DNA of 55,797 nucleotides from a virus (Duplodnaviria; Caudoviricetes): positions 1 to 55,797 of IMG/VR virus record IMGVR_UViG_3300018410_000011; one strand, written 5' to 3'. Position numbers and translations under genes: made by a program. Within the stretch, counting starts at the first letter, position 1. Every line of letters begins with the position of its first letter. Of this stretch, positions 1 to 9,717 are shown piece by piece. Under the pieces are notes generated by a model. It made no database searches. It was not told the origin of the DNA and was given only the letters and a program-made list of their open reading frames with translations.

Positions 1-1
1 A

Positions 2-943
2 GAACAAATAATTGAATTAGAAGGATTAAAAACAAATAGTAAGAATTTAAAACAATTCTTCTATGATAAATATATTAGAAAAAATATAAAATATGATTTT
101 CTAAAATATTATCCAGAATTAATCTCAATTTTCAAAAATTCTAAAAAATTAAATCTATCTAACATAGATTGGTATAATATTTCTAAGTATCAAAAATTAA
201 GTGAATCTTTCATTAAAGAATTTAAAGATCATGTAGATTGGTATAATATTTCATCTTATCAAAAATTGTCAGATGAATTTATAAGAGAATTTAAAGATAA
301 AGTAGGTTGGTCTTGTATTTCATCTTATCAAAAATTAAGTGAATCTTTCATTAGAGAATTTCAATATAAAGTAAATTGGTCTTTTATTTCACGTTACCAA
401 AAACATTCAGAATCATTTATTAGAGAATTTAAAAATTATATAAATTGGTCTTATATTTCAGTGTATCAAAAATTAAGTGAATCTTTTATTATAGAATTTC
501 AAGATAAAGTGGATTGGTCTTATATTTCAAAGTGTCAAAATCTAAGTAAAGAATTTCAAGAAGAATTTAAAGATAAATTAGGTTTCTATTCTATAGAAGA
601 TAGTTGGTATTATAAGGATGAATCATTTAAAAAGAATCGAATTATAGAAAGTAAAATGTATGAATGTCATGATGACTACTTTATAGCCTATAAAGGAATT
701 AGATCAGATCGATATAGTAATTATAACTTTCAATATCAATACTTAAAAGGTGAAACATATACTTGTCATGCTGACCATTCTAATAATGAAAATTCATTTG
801 GTCTTTCGGTTTGGACTAAAGAAATGGCAACAAGATACTGTGATGAACTAGTAGTTAAGGTAAAAGTATACTATAAAGATGTAGCTAGAATAGTACATGA
901 AAATGGTAAAATTAGATGCACTAAAATTAATATTCTAAATTAA
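2..943 (+). CDS. Trp-repeat (23-aa) protein with conserved C-terminal domain; 5' end lies outside the window
   Basis: Frame is open from base 2 (EQIIELEGLKTNSKNLKQFFYDK) and continuous with the 266..943 ORF. Six repeats of VxWxxISxxQKLSExFIxEFxDK. N-cap and C-domain nearly match those of 48084..49727. Confidence 0.85.
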   Translation, partial: EQIIELEGLKTNSKNLKQFFYDKYIRKNIKYDFLKYYPELISIFKNSKKLNLSNIDWYNISKYQKLSESFIKEFKDHVDWYNISSYQKLSDEFIREFKDKVGWSCISSYQKLSESFIREFQYKVNWSFISRYQKHSESFIREFKNYINWSYISVYQKLSESFIIEFQDKVDWSYISKCQNLSKEFQEEFKDKLGFYSIEDSWYYKDESFKKNRIIESKMYECHDDYFIAYKGIRSDRYSNYNFQYQYLKGETYTCHADHSNNENSFGLSVWTKEMATRYCDELVVKVKVYYKDVARIVHENGKIRCTKINILN

Positions 944-968
944 TTGTATTAAATCGAAAAATAATTTT

Positions 969-976
969 TATATTTG
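969..976 (+). promoter_or_regulatory. Bacteroidota-type housekeeping -7 box TATATTTG (putative early promoter)
   Basis: Matches TAnnTTTG. The same 8-mer precedes genes at 2342, 5279, 10654, 11012, 13145, 44795, 49787 (+) and 10036, 47532 (-). Confidence 0.7.
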
Positions 977-992
977 TAAAAACTAAAAATAT

Positions 993-1673
993 ATGTTAAC
1001 ATTAGAGGATATTATAGAAATAGAAAAATTAGATTGTGATACTATACATTATAATCAATTTTTTTATGATAAATATATTAGAAATAAAATTGATTATTCA
1101 TTTTTAAATAAATATCCAGAAATAGTTTTATTTTTTAAAACAGAAAAAAGAATTAAAAAACATAAATTGAATTGGTTAACAATTTCTACAGATAGAATAT
1201 TGTCAGAAGAATTTATAGAAGAATATAAAGATAAAGTTGATTGGTATTATATTTCTAAGAATCAAATCTTATCTGAATCATTCATTAGAAAATTTCAAAA
1301 TGAAGTTGATTGGAATTGGATTTCATCTTATCAAAAACTTTCAGAAGAATTCATTAGAGAATTTCAAGATAAAGTTGATTGGAATTGGATTTCAGTTTAT
1401 CAAAAACTTTCAGAAGAATTTATCAGAGAATTTAAAGATAATGTTGAATGGACTAGTATTTCATCTAATCAAATCTTGTCTGAATCTTTCATAAGAGAAT
1501 TTCAAGATCATCTGAGTTGGTCTTATATTTCTAAATTTCAAAAATTATCTGAATCATTTATAATAGAATTTCAAGATAAAGTAAAATTGGAGTATATTTC
1601 TCAAAACCAATTTATGCCAGTTGACTTTATAAAAAAAATTAAATATAAAATAAATGGTAAAAATACAAAATAA
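993..1673 (+). CDS. Trp-repeat (23-aa) protein without the C-terminal domain
   Basis: About six VDWxxISxxQKLSEEFIREFQDK repeats; N-cap related to the neighbouring paralogue. Confidence 0.85.
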   Translation: MLTLEDIIEIEKLDCDTIHYNQFFYDKYIRNKIDYSFLNKYPEIVLFFKTEKRIKKHKLNWLTISTDRILSEEFIEEYKDKVDWYYISKNQILSESFIRKFQNEVDWNWISSYQKLSEEFIREFQDKVDWNWISVYQKLSEEFIREFKDNVEWTSISSNQILSESFIREFQDHLSWSYISKFQKLSESFIIEFQDKVKLEYISQNQFMPVDFIKKIKYKINGKNTK

Positions 1674-1908
1674 AAAAAAGAAAAGTAATAAAATTAATAA
1701 AAATGATATATTAAATTATTTAAAAGTTACTATTGAAAATATAAAAAAATGTGATAGTGATGTACTAAAGCATCAAACATATTTAACAGCAAGACATAAC
1801 ATAATTAATATGTTTAAATATTCAATAGAATATATTACTAATTTAGAAGATTTTAAAGAAGATAAATGTATAACGTTTTTAGAAAATCAAATGAATTATT
1901 TTAAATAA
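1654..1908 (+). CDS. hypothetical protein
   Basis: 84-aa ORF overlapping the upstream stop. Confidence 0.5.
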   Translation: MVKIQNKKKKSNKINKNDILNYLKVTIENIKKCDSDVLKHQTYLTARHNIINMFKYSIEYITNLEDFKEDKCITFLENQMNYFK

Positions 1909-1913
1909 TTTTA

Positions 1914-2294
1914 TTAATTATCGAAATATTCGTAATAATTTGTAAGAATATCATCAAAACTATATTTACATAATTCAATAACTTTATTCATCGTGTCTTC
2001 TGATAATGTATGATATGATTCTTTAATTTCATACCACATATTATCCATTTCAACAATAGATAATAATATATCATTATCTTCATTTGGTGTAATATCTAAT
2101 GGTTTAGATAAAATCATTTCATATATGTTTTTTAATTCTATACTAGTTTCATATCCATCAGAGAAAGATGAAATCATATTATGAATATGCATATCTAATA
2201 TTTTAATAAATTCTTCTTTATTTTTAGGTAATAATAAATCATTATCGATATTTTCATTTAAAAATTCTTTAAATTCATTTATAGTTGTTATCAT
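1914..2294 (-). CDS. MITTINEFK-leader protein (putative internal head protein)
   Basis: Starts MITTINEFKEFLNEN; acidic; TAATATATA upstream (2321..2329, minus strand). Confidence 0.75.
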   Translation of the reverse strand: MITTINEFKEFLNENIDNDLLLPKNKEEFIKILDMHIHNMISSFSDGYETSIELKNIYEMILSKPLDITPNEDNDILLSIVEMDNMWYEIKESYHTLSEDTMNKVIELCKYSFDDILTNYYEYFDN

Positions 2295-2320
2295 TTTTAA
2301 TATTTTAATATATTTTTAAT

Positions 2321-2329
2321 TATATATTA
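2321..2329 (-). promoter_or_regulatory. putative late promoter TAATATATA
   Basis: The same motif precedes the terminase-like, tail/baseplate and leader genes: 3250, 10093, 10714, 16567, 21764 (+) and 13125, 15860, 26930, 31036, 34737, 38840, 48040 (-). Confidence 0.6.
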
Positions 2330-2353
2330 AAATATTTTTTGTATATTTGTAAT

Positions 2354-2638
2354 ATGAAACATACTATAACAAATATCGACACATATTCTATAAGATCTAA
2401 AAAATCAGATACAATTGTATTTAAATTAAATAGCGATGATTTTAACTCTGATAAAATTAGAAAAATAACTAACTATATTAAAAGTTTAGGATATACTATT
2501 AAAAAAACTAGATCATATTCTAAAACTAAATTAATGTCATGGTGTAAATTTATTATTACAACAGAACAAAACAATATTTGTTGGTTTACAAATGATAAAT
2601 TAGCATTAGATATTGTAAATAAAGCGTTATTAAACTAA
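2354..2638 (+). CDS. hypothetical protein
   Basis: ATG at 2354 just after TATATTTG (2342); preferred over the TTG start at 2339. Confidence 0.6.
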   Translation: MKHTITNIDTYSIRSKKSDTIVFKLNSDDFNSDKIRKITNYIKSLGYTIKKTRSYSKTKLMSWCKFIITTEQNNICWFTNDKLALDIVNKALLN

Positions 2639-2639
2639 T

Positions 2640-3215
2640 ATGAATATAAAATTAGAACATATATTTATTAATCGTAGTCATGATTTAAAACAATTATTAA
2701 AAGATTGTTTTAAATTATCAACTTTTTGTTCAAGATTAGAAAAACAATCTTTATTATATCCAGATCGATATGATCCTGATAAATATAAAGGTGATGGTTT
2801 TGAATTATTTGTAGAAGCATTAATAAAATTATCACCAATAGATAATAGAATTGGAATAGCAAATTATCAAGTAGGTGATGAAACAAATGATAAAGGTATT
2901 GATGGTAGAGGACTAGGTATAGATGGTAAATTAGCTACTGTTCAAGTTAAATATAGATCAAATAATACGACATTATTAACAGCAAATAAAGATCATTTAT
3001 CAAATTTTGTTATGTCTTCTTTATTTGAAGGTGTTGATAAAGATTCAAATACAAATATGTTAATTATTACAACAGCCGAAAGTTTACACCACTTTACAGA
3101 TAATGAAATGTTTTTAAACAAAGTTAGGTGTATCGGATATAAACAATTAAGAGAATTAGTCGATAATAATATAAATTTCTGGAATAATTTTAGACAATTA
3201 TTAAATGTACAATAA
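2640..3215 (+). CDS. Mrr-like PD-(D/E)xK restriction endonuclease domain protein
   Basis: GDGFELFVE...DKGIDG...ATVQVKY, the E..D..QxK signature of Mrr-type nucleases. Confidence 0.7.
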   Translation: MNIKLEHIFINRSHDLKQLLKDCFKLSTFCSRLEKQSLLYPDRYDPDKYKGDGFELFVEALIKLSPIDNRIGIANYQVGDETNDKGIDGRGLGIDGKLATVQVKYRSNNTTLLTANKDHLSNFVMSSLFEGVDKDSNTNMLIITTAESLHHFTDNEMFLNKVRCIGYKQLRELVDNNINFWNNFRQLLNVQ

Positions 3216-3277
3216 ATGTACATTATTTCATAAACAGAAATCATTTTATTAATATATAAAATAAAAATGTACAATTT

Positions 3278-4090
3278 ATGAAATATATTAATAAGGAATA
3301 TGTAGAATCAATAGATTCAAAATATAATAGTGGTGAAGTAATATCACGAAGAAAATCAATTTATTATAAAGGAAATCAATATACATTGAATGATAATGTA
3401 TATTATGTATTAAACAATACAGAAAAAATTGAATGGGCTAAATGTTATAAAGATCCTATTTATTTTATAGAAAAATATCTTAATATTAAATTAAGAAAAT
3501 ATCAAATTGAATGGATTAAATTATATAAAGAACAAAATATAATTTATAATGTTTCTAGACAAACTGGAATCAATTCTATATTATCAGCATTAAATTTACA
3601 TTCTATGATATTTAATAATCAAAATATTATACTTATTCCATGTAAATATAATATTGGTGTTGAATTCATTAATTTAATTAAAAAATATTATATGTTATTA
3701 CCATATTTTTTAAAACCAAATATAAAAACATGGAATAATAAATCTATTGAATTTACAAACAGTAAAATATGTGTATTTAATAATGATACTAATTTAGTAG
3801 AATATGATATTTTAGAATATCATGATTTTGCATTTAATAGCAATTATCCTAAGTTTGAAGTAGACAATAATAAATTAATTATTACATCAACACCAAATGG
3901 TAAAAATTATTTTTATGATCTGTATAAGAATAGTATATTACCAGAAGGACATCCAGATAAAAACAGTTTTAAATCTATTCAAACATATTGGTATGAAGTT
4001 GAAGGACGTGATGAACAATGGCGAATTAATGAAATAAAACGTTTAGGGAGTATTGATAAATTCAATAGAGAACATAATTTAGAATTTTAA
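3278..4090 (+). CDS. terminase large-subunit ATPase-domain paralogue (T4 gp17-like), degenerate
   Basis: KCYKDPIYFIEKY, LRKYQ, SRQTGINS (Walker A lacks Lys), ITSTPNG, WYEVEGRDEQW; no nuclease domain. Confidence 0.7.
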   Translation: MKYINKEYVESIDSKYNSGEVISRRKSIYYKGNQYTLNDNVYYVLNNTEKIEWAKCYKDPIYFIEKYLNIKLRKYQIEWIKLYKEQNIIYNVSRQTGINSILSALNLHSMIFNNQNIILIPCKYNIGVEFINLIKKYYMLLPYFLKPNIKTWNNKSIEFTNSKICVFNNDTNLVEYDILEYHDFAFNSNYPKFEVDNNKLIITSTPNGKNYFYDLYKNSILPEGHPDKNSFKSIQTYWYEVEGRDEQWRINEIKRLGSIDKFNREHNLEF

Positions 4091-4110
4091 TAAAAAATAT
4101 AAACATAATA

Positions 4111-4875
4111 ATGATAACAGAAATTAGTACATATAGATTAGTTAAAGATTTAATTCTTTTAGAAAATAAATTAAATGAAGGATTAATAATGACTCATGAT
4201 ATACATGATAGTAAAAAAATTATTGAAAATTTTATTTCAGCTTATTTTTGGTATAATATAGAAATTGATATAAATAAATTTAAAATATTGTTATCTGATG
4301 GAAAATTCAATACCAATTCATATTTAGAATTTTTAATATTAATAAATAATTTAGGATATTTTATATCAAATATAAAAGCAAAAAATAAAAATAATATTAC
4401 AAATACAATTAATCCTAATGATTTTAAAAATAATTATTTGAATGATAAGTTTTTACAAAATATAATTGAATATAATTTTGTTATAGAACCAAAATTTGAT
4501 ACAACACATAAATTAAAAACAAATATTTTATATCATGTAACAGAAACAAGATATTTATATAATATATTAAAAAATTGGTTAGTTGCTAAATCAAAAAATA
4601 CATTATCTGAATATCCAGAAAGAATATATTTTGTTTATAATATAGAAGACGCTAATACATATATAAAATCTAAAAAGTTTTATTATTTAATGAATCAAAA
4701 AAATGCTAAACAACCAATTAAATCAAATTTTAAAGAAATTAAATATGTTATTTTAAAAATAGAATTACCAGAAAATAACAATTTAATATTGTATGAAGAC
4801 CCTAATTTTGTTGGTAAAGGAATATATACATATGAAAATATTTCACCAAAATTTATAAATATAGAAAACAAATAA
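4111..4875 (+). CDS. leader-variant protein with putative ADP-ribosyltransferase-like C-domain
   Basis: MITEISTY...KLNEGL; LYHVTE..I.KNWL..YPERIYF; paralogue of 32443..33216. Confidence 0.55.
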   Translation: MITEISTYRLVKDLILLENKLNEGLIMTHDIHDSKKIIENFISAYFWYNIEIDINKFKILLSDGKFNTNSYLEFLILINNLGYFISNIKAKNKNNITNTINPNDFKNNYLNDKFLQNIIEYNFVIEPKFDTTHKLKTNILYHVTETRYLYNILKNWLVAKSKNTLSEYPERIYFVYNIEDANTYIKSKKFYYLMNQKNAKQPIKSNFKEIKYVILKIELPENNNLILYEDPNFVGKGIYTYENISPKFINIENK

Positions 4876-4878
4876 AAT

Positions 4879-5253
4879 ATGACAATATATAAATTAATTG
4901 AAAATTTAATTATTTTAGAAAATAAATTAAATAATAATTTAATAGAAAAACAAGATATAAATTTAACATTAGACGCTATAATTAACACATTAGATTTTAA
5001 TGATTTTTGTAGGTGTGAAATAAAAGATAATAAAATATATACAACAATAGTAAATTATGATAATAATATAAATGTAGAAAAAATAATATATTTTCTATTA
5101 TCTATAACAAATTTAGCATATTGTGTATCACACCTAACAATATATAATAAACGTAATAAACCATATACATTAGACATTGATATTTTTAAAAATAATTATT
5201 TATCGGATTATGAATTAGAAAAAATAAATAAATTTGATTTAATAATTGAATAA
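4879..5253 (+). CDS. truncated paralogue of the N-terminal half of 4111..4875
   Basis: LIILENKLN, ITNLAYCVS and FKNNYL align with the upstream gene. Confidence 0.55.
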   Translation: MTIYKLIENLIILENKLNNNLIEKQDINLTLDAIINTLDFNDFCRCEIKDNKIYTTIVNYDNNINVEKIIYFLLSITNLAYCVSHLTIYNKRNKPYTLDIDIFKNNYLSDYELEKINKFDLIIE

Positions 5254-5290
5254 ATTTATAAATATTGAAAATAATTAATATATTTGCTAT

Positions 5291-6817
5291 ATGAAAGTAT
5301 TAAGAACACATCAACAAGAAGCATTAAATGCTATTTCTAAAACAATTGAAGGTATTATACATTTACCAACAGGAACAGGAAAAACATTTATTCAAGCAAC
5401 TGCAATTGTTGATAATTTAGAAAATAATAGAGTATTTGTTGTATTAAGTCCTAGAATTTTATTAACAAATCAATTATTTTCTGAAGTAAAAGAAATTTTA
5501 CAAGTCAATAAAAAAGATTGTCAATACCTCATCGTACATTCAGGAAAAGCAGAAGATAAATCTGATTTCAAATGGACCGAAAATATGCCTTATAGAGAAG
5601 TTAAATCAACAACTTCTGTTAAAGATATTAAATCAGAATATGAAAGATCACAAAGAGAAAATGTACCTTTAATTATATTCGGTACTTATGATAGTTCTGA
5701 TAGAATCATGTTAGCTAATATTCCTGTTTATATGCTATTATGTGATGAAGCTCATTATTTAGTTACCGAAGAATTTTCATGGTTACGTTATGAAAAATAT
5801 ACTGATGGTAGAAAACAATTTAATGCAGATAGAAAATATTATTTCACCGCAACTTTAAAAGAAACAGCATCAGATGAAGGTTTAGGTATGAATAATAAAA
5901 AAGAATTTGGTCCTATTCTATATTCTAAAACACCACTTGATATGGTCGTTGCTGGTGAAATTTTAAGACCTAGAATGCATCTAGTCGATGTAAGTTCTGA
6001 TAATGTAGTTTCTGAATTAGATATGGACGTAAATGCTATATTAGAATCATTCACAGAACATAGAGTTCATTGTAAAATTGGTGCTAAATTATTAGTCGTT
6101 ACTAAAGGTTCAGAACACCTAAATCAAATTGTAAACCACCAAAAAATACAAGAAGAATTAGACACTAGACCGAATTTAAGAATCTTTGATATTACCTCAG
6201 CACATAAACCAAGAATCAATGGAACAATTGTAAAACGTGAAGAATTTCTTTCCGAATTACAATCAATGTCCGATTCAGATGAAGCTATTATATTACACGT
6301 TCGTATATTAACAGAAGGTATAGATGTTCCAGGTATTACTGGTGTTATGATTATGAATGATTTAACACTATCAAATTTTTTACAAACTTTAGGACGTTCT
6401 ACAAGATTATATAAAAAAGATAGAGAACGATTATATAATAATATTATTAAATATGATGAACTAAATAAATTTGTTAAATCGTTTGCTTGGATCATTATAC
6501 CAATTTATGGTACTATAGGAAACGATTTAAGAACTAATATTAAGTCTATGATATATTCACTTAGATCATATGGATTCAATGCAACAGAAGACGTCGTTAT
6601 TAAACAAAGTAAAGGTAAAGCAGTTCCTGTTCCATTATCAGGTTTAAATGTAATAGATACAAGAGGTTTAGCATATAGAGAAACATTCTTAGATATTGTT
6701 CATGATGTAGAAGAACAAGAAATTGCAGAACATCTAGAATTACAAAATTTTAAATTAGACGAAGAAATAAAAAATGAAAGTCTTGACAAAACTATTGCAA
6801 GATTTGCAAATATATAA
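5291..6817 (+). CDS. SF2 DEAH helicase/ATPase (restriction Res-subunit-like)
   Basis: LRTHQ, PTGTGKT, CDEAH, FTAT, ILTEGIDVP, QTLGRSTR. Confidence 0.9.
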   Translation: MKVLRTHQQEALNAISKTIEGIIHLPTGTGKTFIQATAIVDNLENNRVFVVLSPRILLTNQLFSEVKEILQVNKKDCQYLIVHSGKAEDKSDFKWTENMPYREVKSTTSVKDIKSEYERSQRENVPLIIFGTYDSSDRIMLANIPVYMLLCDEAHYLVTEEFSWLRYEKYTDGRKQFNADRKYYFTATLKETASDEGLGMNNKKEFGPILYSKTPLDMVVAGEILRPRMHLVDVSSDNVVSELDMDVNAILESFTEHRVHCKIGAKLLVVTKGSEHLNQIVNHQKIQEELDTRPNLRIFDITSAHKPRINGTIVKREEFLSELQSMSDSDEAIILHVRILTEGIDVPGITGVMIMNDLTLSNFLQTLGRSTRLYKKDRERLYNNIIKYDELNKFVKSFAWIIIPIYGTIGNDLRTNIKSMIYSLRSYGFNATEDVVIKQSKGKAVPVPLSGLNVIDTRGLAYRETFLDIVHDVEEQEIAEHLELQNFKLDEEIKNESLDKTIARFANI

Positions 6818-6820
6818 ATT

Positions 6821-7408
6821 ATGAAAGATGAACAATTTAATATTTTAATAAAAACATTATCTGATAATTCTATGAATTATGGTGATTATATTCAATTAAT
6901 ATTAGTTATTATAACATTAATAATAGGTTTTCAATCTATATTTAATATTTATGATAAATATATTTTACCGTTTTTTAATAAAATAAAAAACAAATATAAT
7001 AAGATAAAAAAATATTTTATTGATAAAAAAAATAATAAATTAACATTTAAAAAATTACAAAAATTACAAAATTTAATAAAAGATTATCCATATTATTATA
7101 ATAAATTTATTATATTATGTTATAATAATAACAATAATTGTTTTTATGATTTAACATATAAAAACTATAAAAAATATAGAAATATTTATATTTGTATAGA
7201 TCCACAAAACTATATAAAATATTATAAATCAACACAAAGTGTTTGTTTAGATATTACAATAGTAAATAAATTATATTATCATACAGATTATGAAAATTTT
7301 GATTTAGTATATGATATTCAAAATCTTATTAAAAGAGATAATAATTTTGATTTGAAAAAAACACATCGGGTATCTAAAACACCACCATGTGAAATAATAG
7401 AGTTTTAA
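6821..7408 (+). CDS. hypothetical membrane-anchored protein
   Basis: One hydrophobic segment, IQLILVIITLIIGF. Confidence 0.55.
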   Translation: MKDEQFNILIKTLSDNSMNYGDYIQLILVIITLIIGFQSIFNIYDKYILPFFNKIKNKYNKIKKYFIDKKNNKLTFKKLQKLQNLIKDYPYYYNKFIILCYNNNNNCFYDLTYKNYKKYRNIYICIDPQNYIKYYKSTQSVCLDITIVNKLYYHTDYENFDLVYDIQNLIKRDNNFDLKKTHRVSKTPPCEIIEF

Positions 7409-7411
7409 ATA

Positions 7412-8621
7412 ATGAATAAAGAAGAAATAGTAAAATCATTAGAAAAGATTTATAGTGAATCAACAGATTCACATAATATTTATACACCACTTGAATTGTG
7501 TGAAGAAATGATTAATTCATTAACTGATTTGAATGGTGATATTTTAGTTATATCTAATCTTGAATTTTTAATTGTTTTAAAACAAAAAGATGTTGATATG
7601 AATAATGTTCATTATTCAACTTCTTGTGATATTAAAAAACAAGTTGCAATTAGTTTAGGTGTTAATATAAACAATATTCATCTTTTAGAATATAACAATA
7701 AAGAAATCAATTTAGGAATAGAAGAAATGAAGTTTGATGTAATTGTTGCGAACCCACCATATCAAAAAGGTTTACATTTAAAATTTTTAGATAAATGTAT
7801 TGATATGAAACATGATGATGGTGAAATTATATTTGTCCATCCTGCAGAATGGTTAGTACAAAAAAGACAAACGTCCAGAACTAAATTACATGATATATTA
7901 AAATCTAAAATAAATGGTGCAAATATAACATTTATAGATAATCCATGGAATAATGTTGCATTATGGGTTCCGCTTGTTATAACCAATATAAATAATTCTT
8001 GTATTTATAATTTTAATGAAAAACGAAAATTTGTAAATAAAGAATATTCATTAAAATTAAAATCATTATATGATATATCATTTTTTGGTGTATTAACACA
8101 TATGCAATCAGTATATAATAAAATATATAATAAAGCAAAAGAAATATCATTTAAAGATATTGAAAAACAAAATTTAAATTTAAACAAATATATAACTTTA
8201 CATAGGTTTACTGGGTCTAATGTAGATTTAATAAATAAAACATCTTCTTTAGCTATGTTTAATAATATAGAAATATAAAATTTATGATAGATTTTTATTA
8301 CATAGAATAGATTCTAAACATTTTAATGTATTTAATGAACCACAATATGCAAGAACAGGGAATCAAAGATTATTTATGTCTTTTAATACTGAAATAGAAG
8401 CTCAAAATTGCTTGAATTTTTTAGGAAAATCAAAAGTATTTGTAGCATATTTTTCATATATAAAAATTGACCAACATGCTGCAGATACGCTATTATCTTG
8501 GATTCCTTGGTTAGATTGGACACAAGAATGGACAGATGATAAATTAATTGAATTTTTTAATTTAACAGATGAAGAAGTTCAAAATATAGAAGAAATAATA
8601 AATATAATTACAATAAAATAA
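7412..8621 (+). CDS. amino-methyltransferase catalytic/TRD part (NPPY), interrupted by a +1 frameshift near 8272
   Basis: FDVIVANPPY present; SAM-binding motif I degenerate. The +1 frame is open from about 8274 into ORF 8376..8621, whose end (WIPWLDWTQEWTDDKLIEFFNLTDEE) is a typical phage MTase C-terminus. Confidence 0.7.
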
Positions 8622-8625
8622 AAAT

Positions 8626-9225
8626 ATGAATAACTACGAATATAAAATAATATTATCTAAAAATACAGATAATACATTAAATATTAAAAAACAAAACAAT
8701 TTAAATAAAGATAATTTAATATTAATAAATTATCGATTTGAAAAAATGAATATAAAAGATATTGATAAAAATACATATATTTATAAAAACAATGATGAAA
8801 TTGTACAATATAATGATGACGATTTTAATAATTTAGAAATAACCAATAATTATCTATTTTGTTTAATAGATATAAATAATAATATTTCAATATGTGATGA
8901 ATCATTAAAGTTTTGGCATATAGGAAATTTAGATATAAATAATAAAATTAACGAATATTTAATTTATGATGATTTAGTTAAATCAAAATTTGGTTTATAT
9001 ACAAATAATACATTACCAAACAATTCTATTTTTTCAATTATTGAAAAAGAAAAACTATATTATTTACAAATAATTAAAACTAAATATAAAAATATTAAAA
9101 AAATTGGATTTATTATAATTAATAATAATGATATAATTAACAATAATGACATTTATGCTAATTATAATGGTATTAATACCATTATAAACCCAGTAAATTC
9201 AACAATTGATGTTAAATGGATATAG
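8626..9225 (+). CDS. hypothetical protein
   Basis: 199-aa Asn/Ile-rich ORF in the operon. Confidence 0.5.
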   Translation: MNNYEYKIILSKNTDNTLNIKKQNNLNKDNLILINYRFEKMNIKDIDKNTYIYKNNDEIVQYNDDDFNNLEITNNYLFCLIDINNNISICDESLKFWHIGNLDINNKINEYLIYDDLVKSKFGLYTNNTLPNNSIFSIIEKEKLYYLQIIKTKYKNIKKIGFIIINNNDIINNNDIYANYNGINTIINPVNSTIDVKWI

Positions 9226-9674
9226 TTAAGTATTTAAAGGAACAGATAAAGAATGAGTCAACTTATTCTAAGGATAAATCTAATGCACATGGTGAGGTTT
9301 TTACGCCGCCATCATTAATTAAGGAAATGTTAGGATCTTTAGATGGAGATGCATTTACTGATCCTAATAAAACATTTCTTGATCCATGTAGTGGGAAAGG
9401 TAATTTTCCTGTATTTATTATACAAGCATTGATGAAAGGATTAGAAACACATTTTCCTAAATCTAAACAACGATATAGGCATATTATTGAGAATATGTTA
9501 TATATGTGTGAATTTCAAAAAGAATCAGCAATATTTATTAATGATTTATTTGGTATGGATGGTGAATTTAAAGTAAATTTATATGTTGGTGATACATTAA
9601 AATTACCAGATGATTTCTTTGATTTATCATATGAAGATAGAAAAATTAAATATCCTGAAAATGTTATTGCATAA
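9216..9674 (+). CDS. DNA methyltransferase N-terminal SAM-binding part
   Basis: HGEVFTPPSLIKEML and FLDPCSGKGNF (motif I); the gene ends before any NPPY. Confidence 0.8.
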   Translation: MDIVKYLKEQIKNESTYSKDKSNAHGEVFTPPSLIKEMLGSLDGDAFTDPNKTFLDPCSGKGNFPVFIIQALMKGLETHFPKSKQRYRHIIENMLYMCEFQKESAIFINDLFGMDGEFKVNLYVGDTLKLPDDFFDLSYEDRKIKYPENVIA

Positions 9675-9704
9675 AAAAAGTCACAATTAATTGTGACTTT
9701 TTTT
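9673..9704. terminator. bidirectional intrinsic terminator
   Basis: A7-GTCACAA-ttaa-TTGTGAC-T7 between convergent genes. Confidence 0.8.
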
Positions 9705-9717
9705 ATATTATATTTAT

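Noticed and set aside
1237-1494. Alternative-frame ORFs over repeats (also 22449..22670, 49444..49635, 55021..55221)
   Set aside because: Shadow frames of repetitive or conserved coding genes.
2993-8187. Short antisense ORFs (2993, 4695, 5839, 6124, 7762, 8005 and similar elsewhere)
   Set aside because: They lie opposite well-supported genes and have no motifs or promoter signals.
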